64,000 bases of DNA. Origin: Chryseobacterium gleum. GTDB lineage: Bacteria > Bacteroidota > Bacteroidia > Flavobacteriales_D > Crocinitomicaceae. The stretch is taken from the NCBI GenBank assembly GCA_945888595.1, contig CAMDAO010000003.1, positions 1,188 through 65,187 on the forward strand, read 5' to 3'. This document shows, piece after piece, positions 9,506 to 21,600 of the stretch (the first letter of the stretch is position 1; each line of letters begins with the position of its first letter). A program made the translations under genes and the position numbers. Below the pieces are notes generated by a model, which ran no database searches, was not told the DNA's origin, and saw only the letters and a list, made by a program, of their open reading frames with translations.

Positions 9506-10350
9506 TGGATTATTTAGAATTAACGATATCAATTATGCCCCGAAATCCTTGGGCTGAAATCTTAACAGCTGAATTGGCGGACTTGGGGTTTGAAAGTTTT
9601 GTAGATACGGAAGATGGAATTCAAGCATATGGATTATTGAAAAATATTGAATTAGATACTGTTGTTAAAAATTCTATTCTTTCTTATGAAAATGAAGGTG
9701 TGCATTTTGAATTTACGCAAAAAGTAATACCGCATCAGAATTGGAATGCAGTATGGGAATCTGATTTTCATCCTGTTGAAGTGGAGAAGTATTTAACAAT
9801 TATTGCCCCTTTTCATTCAAAAGAAAATTTAAAAGGTATGATTGTTGAGATTCAGCCTCAAATGTCTTTTGGAACAGGTCATCATCAAACTACTTGGTTA
9901 ATGTCTAAAGCTTTGTTCGAATTAGACAGAATGCCTGAATCTGTGTTAGACATGGGTACAGGAACGGGTGTTTTAGCAATAATTGCTGAAAAATTAGGAG
10001 CGAAGGCTTTAGTTGGAATTGATATTGAAGATTGGACGGTTATTAATGCAAGAGAAAATATAGAAAGAAATGCATGTAAATCGATCGAAATTATGTGTGG
10101 TGATGTCGATTTAATTGAGGGTAGAAAATTTGGACTTATCATTGCTAATATTAATAAAAATGTATTAAAATCTCATATTGAATCATATAGCAGAGCCCTG
10201 GAATTTGGAGGAATACTTCTTCTGAGTGGTTTTTTTGATTCGGATGTTGATGAACTTATTACTTTTTCAAATGCGCACGATTTAAAAATGAATAAGATTT
10301 ATTCGAAAGAAAGTTGGGCGGGGATACAACTTATTAAAGAAGAAAATTAA
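9505..10350 (+). CDS. prmA: Ribosomal protein L11 methyltransferase
   Basis: FGTGHHQTT and the SAM-binding DMGTGTGVLAI motif. Start set at MDYLELT (TAATG overlap with the tpiA stop). The 38-codon upstream extension in the ORF track overlaps tpiA. Confidence 0.85.
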   Translation: MDYLELTISIMPRNPWAEILTAELADLGFESFVDTEDGIQAYGLLKNIELDTVVKNSILSYENEGVHFEFTQKVIPHQNWNAVWESDFHPVEVEKYLTIIAPFHSKENLKGMIVEIQPQMSFGTGHHQTTWLMSKALFELDRMPESVLDMGTGTGVLAIIAEKLGAKALVGIDIEDWTVINARENIERNACKSIEIMCGDVDLIEGRKFGLIIANINKNVLKSHIESYSRALEFGGILLLSGFFDSDVDELITFSNAHDLKMNKIYSKESWAGIQLIKEEN

Positions 10351-10366
10351 TTTAACACCAACAGCT

Positions 10367-13300
10367 ATGTTAAAAAAGATACTTTTAATTTTTGGGTTTA
10401 TTTTAACCAGTTATTTTTCTATTAGTCAGTCATATACTGAAGATAAAGGTGATTTCGTTAAGGCTTTTCACAAGGCGCTAAATGAATATGGTAAAGGAGA
10501 ATTCTCTGATTTTGCTAAAAAAGATTTACCTGCAATGCTTCTTGAGACAACGCAATTTCCCGCCAATTATTTTAAAAAAATGGTGGAGACATGCAATTTA
10601 ATGGAGTCTAAAAGAATGTCGCCTTACCCAGAAATTTATAACTATGTTTTTTCAGTGTATTCTTTTGTCAAAGGAAAGCAAAGTTCTGCTAGTTATGATA
10701 TTTGGCATGCTGCTGTAGATAAAATGCTGGCATCTAAAAGCAATCAGAAATTTGAGGAATTTGTCGGCTTCTCATCTTTGTTCTTTTCAAAACAGATAAT
10801 AAGTGATAATGCAAACTTTGATTGGTATTATGTAGGTGGTACATTTTCTTTTGAATATACTGATAAACCCTTATTTAAGTGTGTCAATGGAACGCTAGCT
10901 TGCCGTGTCATTAACAATGACCAGGAAACAATGAAAAAATTTAAATTTGTGGATAGTTTGGTGATTTCAAATACTTCTGGTAGCTATGATCCGATGGCAA
11001 AAAAATGGATTGGGAGCGGTGGATCATTAGATTGGGAAAAAGTAGGGCTTTCTAAAAAACAAACATCAGCGATTCTGACTAAATATGAAATTTCAACTAG
11101 GGTTTCAAATTTTTCATGTGATTCGGTTACTCTCACAACTCCGTATTTTACGAAACCAATCAAAGGTAGGATAGCCGATCGTGCTTTTAAAATAAATAGA
11201 GAAGAGGATAAAATATACCCTCAATTTACGTCATACGAAAGAAGACTTTCTATCAAAAAAATAAAAGCGGATATTGATTACGAGGGTGGTTTCTCTCTTC
11301 AAGGAGCTAATTTTGTGGGTGTTGGATATCCAAAGGAACCAGCGAAAATGATTGTCAATAGGGGAGGAAAGGCCTTTTTAACCGCTACGTCGCAAGAATT
11401 TATCATCAGTCGAGTAGCAATACATGGCTTTAATACGGCCATTAAATTGATGCTGAACGATAATCATGATTCAATTATTCATCCTGGTCTCGATTTTAAA
11501 TACATAATGGAGAAAAAGATGGTCGAAATGGCTAGAACAAAGTCGGGTAATGGTCAAGCTCCTTTTCATAATACGTATCACAAGGTGGATATGTATATGC
11601 CAAAATTAGCTTGGCAGACGGAATCCACAGACCTAGTAATCACCTACGAAATTGGTACGAGTCAAGAGCAAAAAATTGCCACTTTTGAATCTGAGAATTT
11701 CTTCGATGGACGTTTATTTGATAAACTACAAGGTATGGAACCAATTCATCCCTTGGTGGCAATTTCAAATTACTGTTATAAAAATGACGAATATATTTTA
11801 TCAGATGGTAAAGTCGCTACCGCTTTAAGTAAGACGCTTGAACAGGTAAAACCCTTGTTATTAGAACTTGCTAATTATGGTTTTATCACCTACGATACAG
11901 ATTCTAAAATGATTACCATCAATAGTAAACTGACCAATTTTGTGCAAGCTAAATCAGGTAAAAAAGATTTTGATAATTTAATTTTCATATGTGATTTACG
12001 TCCGAAAGAATTAACGGAAACGCCCGAACAAATTGCGAAAGATGAAAATCTGCGCTTTGTGCAACTTGAATACAAAAAAAATAATGAGGTGAGGCGGAAT
12101 ATGCCCGAATTTGGAAAACTAAGTTTAAGTTCACTGGAACTAAATATCAAAGCGATCGACTTCATTAATATTTCTAGTGCTCAAAATACTTTTGTTGTTC
12201 CGACCGACAAAGAAGTTATTTTGAAAAAAGACAGAAACTTTGATTTTATCGGATGGATAAGTGCTGGGAAAATGGAATTAAATGTCTTGGCTTCTTCATT
12301 TAATTATAAGGAATTTAAATTTACGATTCAAAAAACACATAAATCACTGTTTAGAGTTAAACCTCTGAGACCGGAAGATGGTAATAGGCCTATTGCTATG
12401 ATGAGCAGTTTGAATGGAATTACCGGAGAGTTGTTTATTGACAATCCGACCAATCGATCTGGAATTAATCCTAAAATTACAGATTATCCGCAGTTAAAAG
12501 TTTCAAAACCTTCTTATGTATATTATAATTCTCTTGCAATTTACAATGGGACCTATGATAGTAGCCGATTTTACTATACGGTAGATCCATTTTTTATTGA
12601 TAGTTTGGATAACTTTGAAGAGAAATCATTTCGAGTGATTGGAGAATTTACTTCTGCCGGAATTTTCCCAAAATTTAGAGAAAACTTAACGATTATGCCT
12701 GATTATTCTTTCGGGTTTTCAGCGAAAGCACCAGCGGGTGGGCATGATTTTTATGGAACAAGTTCTAAATATGAAAATAAAATCATTTTATCGAATAATG
12801 GTTTAGAAGGAGCAGGAACAATTAATTATGTGCATTCAAGTTCTGTTTCTAAAGGTTTTACATTTTTTCCAGATTCAACAATCGGTCTAGCTGTTTTTAC
12901 AAATAAACCTATAGAAGTTGGTGTTCAATTTCCGGACGTTACGTGCGAAAATGCCAACATTACGTACGTCCCAAAAAAGAATTTATTGAAAGCTGCTTCG
13001 ACAAATAAATTTGATTTATTATTTTTCAATAAAGAAGCGAAACTGAGGGGTACTGCCATCGTAAGAGCAGAAGGAATGAGAGGTTTTGGTTTAATGAATG
13101 TCAAAAATGCAACCATGCTATCGGATGATTATGAATTTAAAAGATGGGATATTGATGCAGATACAACAGGCTTTACTTTAAAAAATCAATATTTAGTAGA
13201 AGGCGAGGAACCAATTGCGTTAAAGACAGATAATGTTCAAGGACATGTGTCATTTTTAGATAGAAAAGGGGAATTTAAGTCAAATAACGGGGAGGCTCGA

Positions 13301-14986
13301 CTCGACTTTCCAATTAATCAATATTTCTGTACCATGGATAAATTCACCTGGTTTATGGATTTAGAATCGATTGAAGTTGAAGCGAAAGGAGGCGAAGATG
13401 CAGTGGCAAACGCAGATCTAGATTTACTTGGACCTAACTTTTTCTCCGCTCACCCGGATCAAGATTCTTTGCAATTTAGGGCTCCAAAAGCGGCGTTCAA
13501 CTTAAAAGAAAAAGCAATTTATTGTTCTAAGGTGTTTTATTTAGATGTTGCTGATGCACGTATTTATCCAGATAGTGCGAAAGTTGTTATACGGAAAAAA
13601 GCAAAAATGGATCCTTTCCTAGATGCGAAAGTTGTTGCCAATTATATAACTAAATATCATAAGTTCTTGCACTGTGAAATTCAAGTGTCTGCGCGAAGAA
13701 AATATGCGGGAAAAGGAGTCTATCCTTATTATGATAAAGATAGTTTGAAAACGGACTTTATAATGAATAGAATATTTCTCGATTCAACGGGGCAAACAGT
13801 TGCAGAAGGGAAAATTGGAAAGGATGCCAATTTCTATTTGAGCAAGCAATTTGATTATTATGGGGATGTTTCCGTAATTGCTTCTTTACCTACTATTATT
13901 TTTAAAGGTTCTACAAGAATGAATCATAATTGTGCCAAATTCCCGCGATCTTGGATTGCTTTGAGTGCTAATATTGATCCAGCAAATATTCAAATACCAA
14001 TAGATGCGGGGATGAAAAACATTGAAGGGAAAAGTGTAATGGCTGGTTTAGCTTGGAGAGATTCAAAAGTTTTAGATAGTATTCGCTTGTATCCAGCATT
14101 TCTGTCTCCTTTGCAAAATGATCTAGACCCAGTGGTCATGAAAGCTACGGGTTTACTTCAATACAATGTGGATGCGAAAGAATTTCAAATTGGTTCAGTG
14201 GATAAATTACTTAATAGAGGCGAGAAAGGAAATTTTATTTCTTTGCACACGGAATCTTGCATAATGGATGGTAATGGTATGATTAATTTGGGAATGAATT
14301 ATGGTGATGTAAATGTAAATTCTGTTGGTATTGTCAATTATGACCCTAAAAAAGGAGAAACTACGATGAATCTTACCGCTAAATTTAATATGCCAATGGA
14401 TAAAGGTTTGATGCAAGATTTAGCAGTAAAAATGGCAGCTGTTGAGGATTTAAAACCATTGGATTTTAATTCAAGTACTCTGGAGCAAGCTGTTTTAGAA
14501 TGGTCGGGTAGGGAAGAAGCAGATAAGATGAAAGCGGACTATACAATTAATGGAGAGCTTAAATATCCTAAGGGGCTGGAGTCTGCGTTAACAATTACAG
14601 GATTAAAAATTAAATCATTCGATATTAAAACAATGCAAGAAAGAGGATTTATTACAACTTCAGAAACGGCTTCCATTGTCTGTATGTATGGTAAACCTGT
14701 ATTTAAAACGGTTCCGTTTAAAGCATTCTTTTTACAATCCTACTCATTGTCTGAAACAGCAGGTGATAAATTCGGACTGCAGATTAATATTCCTACGTTG
14801 GATTACTATTTTGATTATTCAATGGAAGCGAAAGATGGAACGATGCGAATTATTTCAGGTGATCCTGATTTTGTGACAGCAGTGAATGCAATAAAAGAAG
14901 AGAAGAGAAAGATTAAGAATTTTAAATACGCAATAGAGACAGGAAGTATTTATTTAAGTAAGTTTTTACGTTATTTTGGACTTTAA
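10367..14986 (+). CDS. Very large (1539 aa) secreted protein of unknown function
   Basis: Uninterrupted 4.6-kb ORF with signal peptide MLKKILLIFGFILTSYFSISQ. No family motif recognised by eye. The stop overlaps the plsY start. Confidence 0.8.
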   Translation: MLKKILLIFGFILTSYFSISQSYTEDKGDFVKAFHKALNEYGKGEFSDFAKKDLPAMLLETTQFPANYFKKMVETCNLMESKRMSPYPEIYNYVFSVYSFVKGKQSSASYDIWHAAVDKMLASKSNQKFEEFVGFSSLFFSKQIISDNANFDWYYVGGTFSFEYTDKPLFKCVNGTLACRVINNDQETMKKFKFVDSLVISNTSGSYDPMAKKWIGSGGSLDWEKVGLSKKQTSAILTKYEISTRVSNFSCDSVTLTTPYFTKPIKGRIADRAFKINREEDKIYPQFTSYERRLSIKKIKADIDYEGGFSLQGANFVGVGYPKEPAKMIVNRGGKAFLTATSQEFIISRVAIHGFNTAIKLMLNDNHDSIIHPGLDFKYIMEKKMVEMARTKSGNGQAPFHNTYHKVDMYMPKLAWQTESTDLVITYEIGTSQEQKIATFESENFFDGRLFDKLQGMEPIHPLVAISNYCYKNDEYILSDGKVATALSKTLEQVKPLLLELANYGFITYDTDSKMITINSKLTNFVQAKSGKKDFDNLIFICDLRPKELTETPEQIAKDENLRFVQLEYKKNNEVRRNMPEFGKLSLSSLELNIKAIDFINISSAQNTFVVPTDKEVILKKDRNFDFIGWISAGKMELNVLASSFNYKEFKFTIQKTHKSLFRVKPLRPEDGNRPIAMMSSLNGITGELFIDNPTNRSGINPKITDYPQLKVSKPSYVYYNSLAIYNGTYDSSRFYYTVDPFFIDSLDNFEEKSFRVIGEFTSAGIFPKFRENLTIMPDYSFGFSAKAPAGGHDFYGTSSKYENKIILSNNGLEGAGTINYVHSSSVSKGFTFFPDSTIGLAVFTNKPIEVGVQFPDVTCENANITYVPKKNLLKAASTNKFDLLFFNKEAKLRGTAIVRAEGMRGFGLMNVKNATMLSDDYEFKRWDIDADTTGFTLKNQYLVEGEEPIALKTDNVQGHVSFLDRKGEFKSNNGEARLDFPINQYFCTMDKFTWFMDLESIEVEAKGGEDAVANADLDLLGPNFFSAHPDQDSLQFRAPKAAFNLKEKAIYCSKVFYLDVADARIYPDSAKVVIRKKAKMDPFLDAKVVANYITKYHKFLHCEIQVSARRKYAGKGVYPYYDKDSLKTDFIMNRIFLDSTGQTVAEGKIGKDANFYLSKQFDYYGDVSVIASLPTIIFKGSTRMNHNCAKFPRSWIALSANIDPANIQIPIDAGMKNIEGKSVMAGLAWRDSKVLDSIRLYPAFLSPLQNDLDPVVMKATGLLQYNVDAKEFQIGSVDKLLNRGEKGNFISLHTESCIMDGNGMINLGMNYGDVNVNSVGIVNYDPKKGETTMNLTAKFNMPMDKGLMQDLAVKMAAVEDLKPLDFNSSTLEQAVLEWSGREEADKMKADYTINGELKYPKGLESALTITGLKIKSFDIKTMQERGFITTSETASIVCMYGKPVFKTVPFKAFFLQSYSLSETAGDKFGLQINIPTLDYYFDYSMEAKDGTMRIISGDPDFVTAVNAIKEEKRKIKNFKYAIETGSIYLSKFLRYFGL

Positions 14987-15618
14987 TGTATATGAATTTA
15001 ATAATATTTGGTAGTATAGCTTACTTATTAGGATCAATTCCTTCTGCTGTGTGGATAGGGAAAACATGGTATGGTATCGATGTGCGAGAGCATGGGAGTA
15101 ATAATTCAGGTGCAACGAATACTTTTCGCGTACTTGGTAAAAATGCAGGAATTACAGTGTTAATTATTGATATATTTAAAGGCTTTTTGGCAGTATACCT
15201 TCCAGTTCTTATTTATTTTGGATCTGAAACTAGTATGGAAGAGGAACTAATTCATATTCAGATTATTGCAGCGATTACAGCAGTGCTAGGACATGTTTTC
15301 CCTATTTTGGCAGGTTTTAAAGGGGGTAAAGGAGTAGCTACATCATTAGGCATAATTATAGGAATTCACCCGCCTACTGCTTTCGTTTGTTTAACCTTAT
15401 TTTTAATTGTATTTTTGACCACGAAATTTGTCTCTTTTGGAGCCATTTGTTCTTCAATCGCTTTCCCAATAGTATTGGTTTTTATTTTTAAGACGACCGA
15501 TTTATATTTAATTTTATTTAGTATTTTTCTTTCATTTGCAGTTATTTTTGCCCATCGCAAGAATATTACTAGATTGATAAAGGGGAAGGAAAATAAAATG
15601 AATTTATTTAACAAATGA
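14986..15618 (+). CDS. plsY: Glycerol-3-phosphate acyltransferase PlsY
   Basis: GSIPSAVWIGK, HGSNNSGATNTFRVLG and FKGGKGVAT motifs; polytopic membrane protein. Confidence 0.9.
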   Translation: MYMNLIIFGSIAYLLGSIPSAVWIGKTWYGIDVREHGSNNSGATNTFRVLGKNAGITVLIIDIFKGFLAVYLPVLIYFGSETSMEEELIHIQIIAAITAVLGHVFPILAGFKGGKGVATSLGIIIGIHPPTAFVCLTLFLIVFLTTKFVSFGAICSSIAFPIVLVFIFKTTDLYLILFSIFLSFAVIFAHRKNITRLIKGKENKMNLFNK

Positions 15619-15641
15619 TATTTTTTTACACAAAATTATAA

Positions 15642-18600
15642 ATGATTTTAAAATCTATATATCTGCTGGTATTAGTTGTTTTTTCAACTACGTTTTCTTT
15701 CTCACAAGAAACGATTGAAGAAGTGAAATCAACTGCTGATAAACTGTTTGAAGATGAGAAATATTTGGAGGCAACTCCCTATTATTTAAGACTTCTAGCC
15801 ATTGAACCAAGAAATCATAATTATAATTTTCGATATGGAACATGCTTGCTGTACAATACGAGCAAAGGGCAGGATGTTTTCAAATATTTGAATTATGCAG
15901 TTACAAATGAGGCTGTTGAAGTTGAAGCATACTACTTTTTGGCGAAGGCATTTCATTTGAATTATCAATTCAATGATGCTATCAAATATTACAAAATATA
16001 TCAAACCAAGGCGGCCGAGAATGCAAAGCAAGTATTGGACGTAAAGCGTCAAATTGAAATGTGTGAAAATGGTAAACGATTAATTACCACTATCACAGAA
16101 ATGGTTGTCATCGATAAAAAGGAAATTGAAGTTGAAAAATTTTTTCGAATCTATGATTTAAGTAATATTGGGGGTAATTTATTGGTTACTGCAGAATTTC
16201 AAACGAAAATTGATGAGAAAAAAGCACATATTCCTTTGATTCATTTCCCGGAAAATCCAACTGTTATTTATTATTCAAGTTATGGTGATAATGGAAAAAC
16301 GGGCAAAGATATTTATGTCAGGAGAAGATTGCCAACTGGAGGTTGGGGCGTTCCTCAGGCAATACAAGGGGGGGTTAATACAAATTTTGATGAGGATTAT
16401 CCATATATGCATCCAGATGGTAATTATTTGTATTTCAGTTCAAAAGGGCATAATTCTATGGGTGGATTTGATGTTTTTCGGTGTAAGTACGATGCGGAAA
16501 CAGATGTTTTTGGGATGGCTGAAAATATAGATTATGCCGTTTCCTCGCCAGATGACGATTTATTTTATGTCGTTGATTCTTTAAATAAAAATGCCTACTT
16601 CGCTTCAGGACGTCAAAGTGAGGAAGGGAAATTATTTGTATATAAAGTAAGGGTTGACCGTGTGCCATTAAACATGTCTGTTGTCAAAGGTCAATTTTCT
16701 TCTACGATTAATGCAGCACAAAAGAATGTGTTTGTCGATGTAAAAGATTACGCCACAGGTGAGTTTATTGGTAATTTCAATTCAAATGACAAAGGAGTGT
16801 ACCTTATTACATTTCCAAAAGGTGGAAAATATGAGTTTACTATAAAGGTCGGGGATAGTCCTCAGGAATATAAATATATAGCTTCCATTCCCTTTTTGAA
16901 AGAATTTAAACCTTTAAAACAAAAGATTATTCATGCCATGGATGGTGATCGTGAAAATGTGAAAGTCATTGATTTATTTGATGAACAAATGGAAGATCCG
17001 CAAGCAGTTTTTGCTCAGGTTTTAAAATTAAAAGCAGTTTTAGCTCCTAATATCAGTCAGGAAGAAATAGCGTTATTGGATAAAGATTTAAAGTCGAAGC
17101 AAGTCTTGGAAGAGCTTGGGATTGGGAAATTGTCGCTTGTTGAGGTAGGATATTTATTAGATGAAGAAGTGAAAGATGCTGAAAAAGCACAAGGCGGAAC
17201 AGCAGAAATTGAAAACAAAGTAAATACGCAGATAATAGGCAATAGTAAAGAGATAAATCGCTTGGATTTAGTGATTAAAAGTAAATTGGATAAAGCGAAT
17301 GTTGCTGATAGTGATAAGAAAAAATATAAACTACTGAAGGAAGCTGATAGAGCTTTAAAGTTACAAGAAGATCTGAAATTATTAAATGAAGTTAGTCTGA
17401 AATATGCAGATTCGATCTCAAAAATTCCTGTTACTGGTTCAGAGGCTAAAACAGCTGAAGTAAAAAAGTTTGCGCAGCATTTTAATGAACTTCTAAAGGA
17501 TAATAAACAAAAAGAAGCATACGCCTATTTATATGACAACAAAATAGCTATTAAGAATATTATAGAGGTGAAGGCACCTGATCCGCTGCAAGATATGATT
17601 GATCGTGGACTAATTTTAGATAATGAAATCAATCGTTTGCAGCCTAAGGATGATCAATATGCTCGCGACATTAAAAAAATAGAACTAGACATAGCAACAC
17701 TTGAGCAATCAAAAGTTACGGCGAAAAACAAGGATTTATCTGATATTCAAGCAGCTATAAAGTCCAAAATGAATGAAAAAAACATGATTACCGAAGAAAG
17801 AAATTTCAATGGTGTTGGTTTAAATGACAAAATAACGGAAAGAAGTTCTTTAAGAAAACGAATCGATATTTTGGCAGAAATTTATGATATCAAAGCAGAT
17901 AAAATAATTTCTAAAGAGGAACTTACGAGTGCTCTAGCTTCTTCTAAAGCGACTAATTCAGCTGCGATTAGAAAAGAACTTGGCGAAGAAATTACTTCTT
18001 TACTTTTAAAAAGTCCTGATATTAAAGAAATTGATTATTCAGAAATGGAAGGCGAATTAGGTTCCGTGGTTACAAAATCTAGAACTCAGTCAGACAAAAT
18101 AAAAACAGATCCAAGTTTAACTGCAGAACAAAAGGCTACAAAATTAAATGCCGTTAACGCAGAACTTTTAACAACGATCAATAAGGAAGTGAGCATTGCT
18201 AAAAGAGCGGTTGAAAAAAATCCAACGGATCCCAATTTGAAAGCAAAATTAGATGCTTTGCAATTCTCAAAATCATTGGTTGCTGCATCACTTGATATTC
18301 CTTCGGATGAAGTGGATGCGGAAGTTGTGACTTCAACTGTATCAAATGGTTCCTCGACAAACCCAACTTCGACATCTGTCGCTGTAAATTCTGAAAAACC
18401 AACAAATGGCACCACAAGTTCTGAAGGAAGCTTGAAGCCACCTATCGTAACAGATTCTCCAAAAACAGAAGTCACTAAAAACACAGAAGTATCTGCAACA
18501 GTGCCTTCAACAGAAAGTAAGTCTGGATCAACATCTGCCGCAACTGTTCCAAAAGTAAGTGCAAAAGGAGGAGAAGTCGCGAGTTCACAATCTGCTTCAA

Positions 18601-21600
18601 CCACGAAATCATCTGCCTCTGATGTAAATAAAAACAATGAAGATCTGAAAGCGTCACAAGCAGAAACCAATTCGGCGTCTCGCGAAAATGAAACTGCCAA
18701 AGCAACAAATTCAAGTCCATTGACAGTAAAAGAAAAGGAATTACTAGTAGAGACTGTAAATCCATCGTATAATGAGAAAGTCGAAAAAATAAGCTCGAAT
18801 TTATCACTATCTGCTGTTGAAAAATTAAAACAATTACAGGATGCGGATAATGAATTATTATCTGGAATAGAAGTGTCTATTAGTAAAACTGAATCTGAAC
18901 TAAAGAAAGCACCTTCAGATAGTGCTTTAAAAGACAAATTGACTGATTTTAAAGCTGTTCAATCCGACTTAACTGCCGCTATTTCCAAACGAGAAAAAGA
19001 AATAGGAACGAATGGTATTTCAAACTCTACAAATCCAATCTCAGCAAAAGAAAAAGAAACACTGGTTGAATCTGTAAACTCTTCATATAACGAACAAGTT
19101 ACGGTAATTAATACGAGTGGATCACTGTCAGAAACGGATAAATTAAATCAACTGCAGGCATTAGATAAGGGATTATTAACAGCTGTGACAAGTCAATTAA
19201 CAAATACAGAATTGGCAGTGAAAAATAGTCCTACGGATCCCGTTTTAGCTAAAAAAGCAGCAGATTTAAAAACAGTACAATCGGATCTTAAATCTGCAAT
19301 TTCAGCTCGTGATCGCGTTATTTCAACGGTAGGTCAACCGTATACTCAAAAAGCAAAAACGGAGATAATTGATGGCTTATCACCCATGTATATTGTTAAA
19401 GTGGCTGATATTAATAAAAATACAACTATTTCAGAACCTGAAAAATTAGCACAATTACAAAAAGCGGACAAAGAATTACTTATTTCTGTGAATAAGGAGA
19501 TTTCTGCACTTGAAAATAATGTTAAAAATAATGCAGATCCACAATTAATAAAGGAATTAGGGGATTATAAATCTTTGAAAAACGAATTGGAATCTGCCAT
19601 TTCAACAAGAGAAAACACCATTGTAGCTGCAACTGGTCAGCCTGGGAAAGGTGAGGAACTAACATCTCAAAATAGAGTTCAGAACACGACCGGTACTTCA
19701 ACAGAACCTGCTAATACTAGTGCTAATAAAGCGCCAGTTAAGAATGATGAAAAAATCAATACTGTAACACAGAATGATCCAGCAGTGAATCAGAAAGAAA
19801 GTAATTTAACATCTCAAAATTCAGTTAAGCAAACGACAAGTACTTCAGCAGAATCGCCTAATAATACTAGTAATAAAGCGCCAATTAAAAATGATGAAAA
19901 ATCAAATTTAATTGAATCTGTTAATTCCAGTTATAATGAAGAAGTAGCGAAGGTAAATGCAAATAATTCACTCACTAGTAATGAAAAATTAAATCAAATT
20001 CAATTATTAGATCGCTCTTTAATTGAGTCTATTACCAAAGAATTAAAAACGACGTCAGATACTAAAAAGAAAGAAAATTTAGCCTCTTTAAAAAAGGAAT
20101 TGGAAGGAAATATTACAGCGCGAGAATTGGTAATTGCTGCTAATTTTAAACCAGTCGACAAAGCTGTGAAGGCAAATGTAATTAAGTCAATTGATTCCAA
20201 ATACGATAAAAAAGTAGAAGCAATTAATACGAATGCGGACTTATCTATTTCAGAAAAACTTACGCAATTACATGAATTAGACTTTGAAGTTATTTCAAAG
20301 ATTAAGCAAGAAATATCAGAAGTTACGGCAGATTTGGCTAAAAAACCCACGGATGCACTTTTAATAAAAAAGATAGAAGATTTGAAAGCTGTTCAAGCTG
20401 ATTTGGAGCATGAATTAGCCAATCGAGAATCTGTAATTGCTGCTACTACTACTATTGTTGATGAGAAAGCAAAGGCCGAGTTAATTGAATCAGTCAGTTC
20501 TCAATACAATGAAAAAGTTCAAGTATTAAAAAATAATGAATATTTGTTGGATTCTGAAAAACAAGCAGAATATCAAAAAATAGATCAACAGCTTCTTCAG
20601 TCCATTGAAAAGGAAATTGTTTCTCTGGAAGGAGAGATGACTTCGAACCCTTCAAATTCTCAATCAAAAAGAAAACTGGAAGGGTTGAAAATAGTAAAAT
20701 CCGACTTGCAGAAATCAATATCGGTTAGAGAAAAGAGTTTAGCTCCTGAGTCAGCATTAAGTAATCCACTTGCTGCAAACGCGGGGCTAATTGAAACGAT
20801 TAGTAAAGGATATACTGAGAAATTAACGCTTATTAATGAAGATGCTTTTATTTCTCACACCGATAAACTTATTCAATTTGAAAAATTAGACAAAGAACTC
20901 CAATTAGTATTAAACAAAGAAGTTACTAAAAGTATTTCTGCCGCTAAAAAGAAACCGAATGATCCAGAGCTACAAAAAAGGAAAAATGATTTAATAGCCC
21001 TCAAAAAGATTCTAGATGAGGTAGTTAATGAAGCGCCGCAACAGATTTTAAATTCGCTCGCCGCTTCTGTTACGGATCAGCAAAAAAACACGTTGATTTC
21101 AGATGTGAAACCAGGGCATGAAGGCAAAACACAAGGAATCAAGAATTCTTCAAAAGAGCCAATTAAAATTATTGAAGAATTAATTATTGAGGAGAAAGCT
21201 TTAATTTCTAAACTAGAAGCGGAAGAAAAAATAAATCAAGTTAATCTAAAGAAAGAGCCAAAGAACGAGGATTTAAAAAGAAAGTCTACTGTTATTACAG
21301 TTGCAATAGAGGAAAGCGAACTTAGAATCAGCGCGTTAAATAGTGGTGCTGTTACTTTAACGATAAGTGATATTAATCAAAAAGCACTCGTATCCAAAGT
21401 TGACCCAACTTTTGAATCGGATGTGAAAACACTTTTTGAATCTAACTCTCCTACGAAATCAAATGATTTAGCAAGTAGAGAAGATAAATTACAGGAAAAA
21501 ATTCTAAGTCAAATATCCGCAAATAATGAAGAAATCGCTAACAATTATACAGTAGAATTAGCGGCTGAAAATCAGATTTTAAATCAAAAATTGATTGAAA

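Noticed and set aside
18086-18937. 283-aa minus-strand ORF, with nested 110-aa and 80-aa ORFs, inside the giant gene
   Set aside because: They lie antisense to the Ser/Thr/Ala/Glu-rich part of an 8.7-kb ORF. Their translations are low-complexity (runs of S, F, V, A) with no start context. They are shadow frames caused by biased codon composition.
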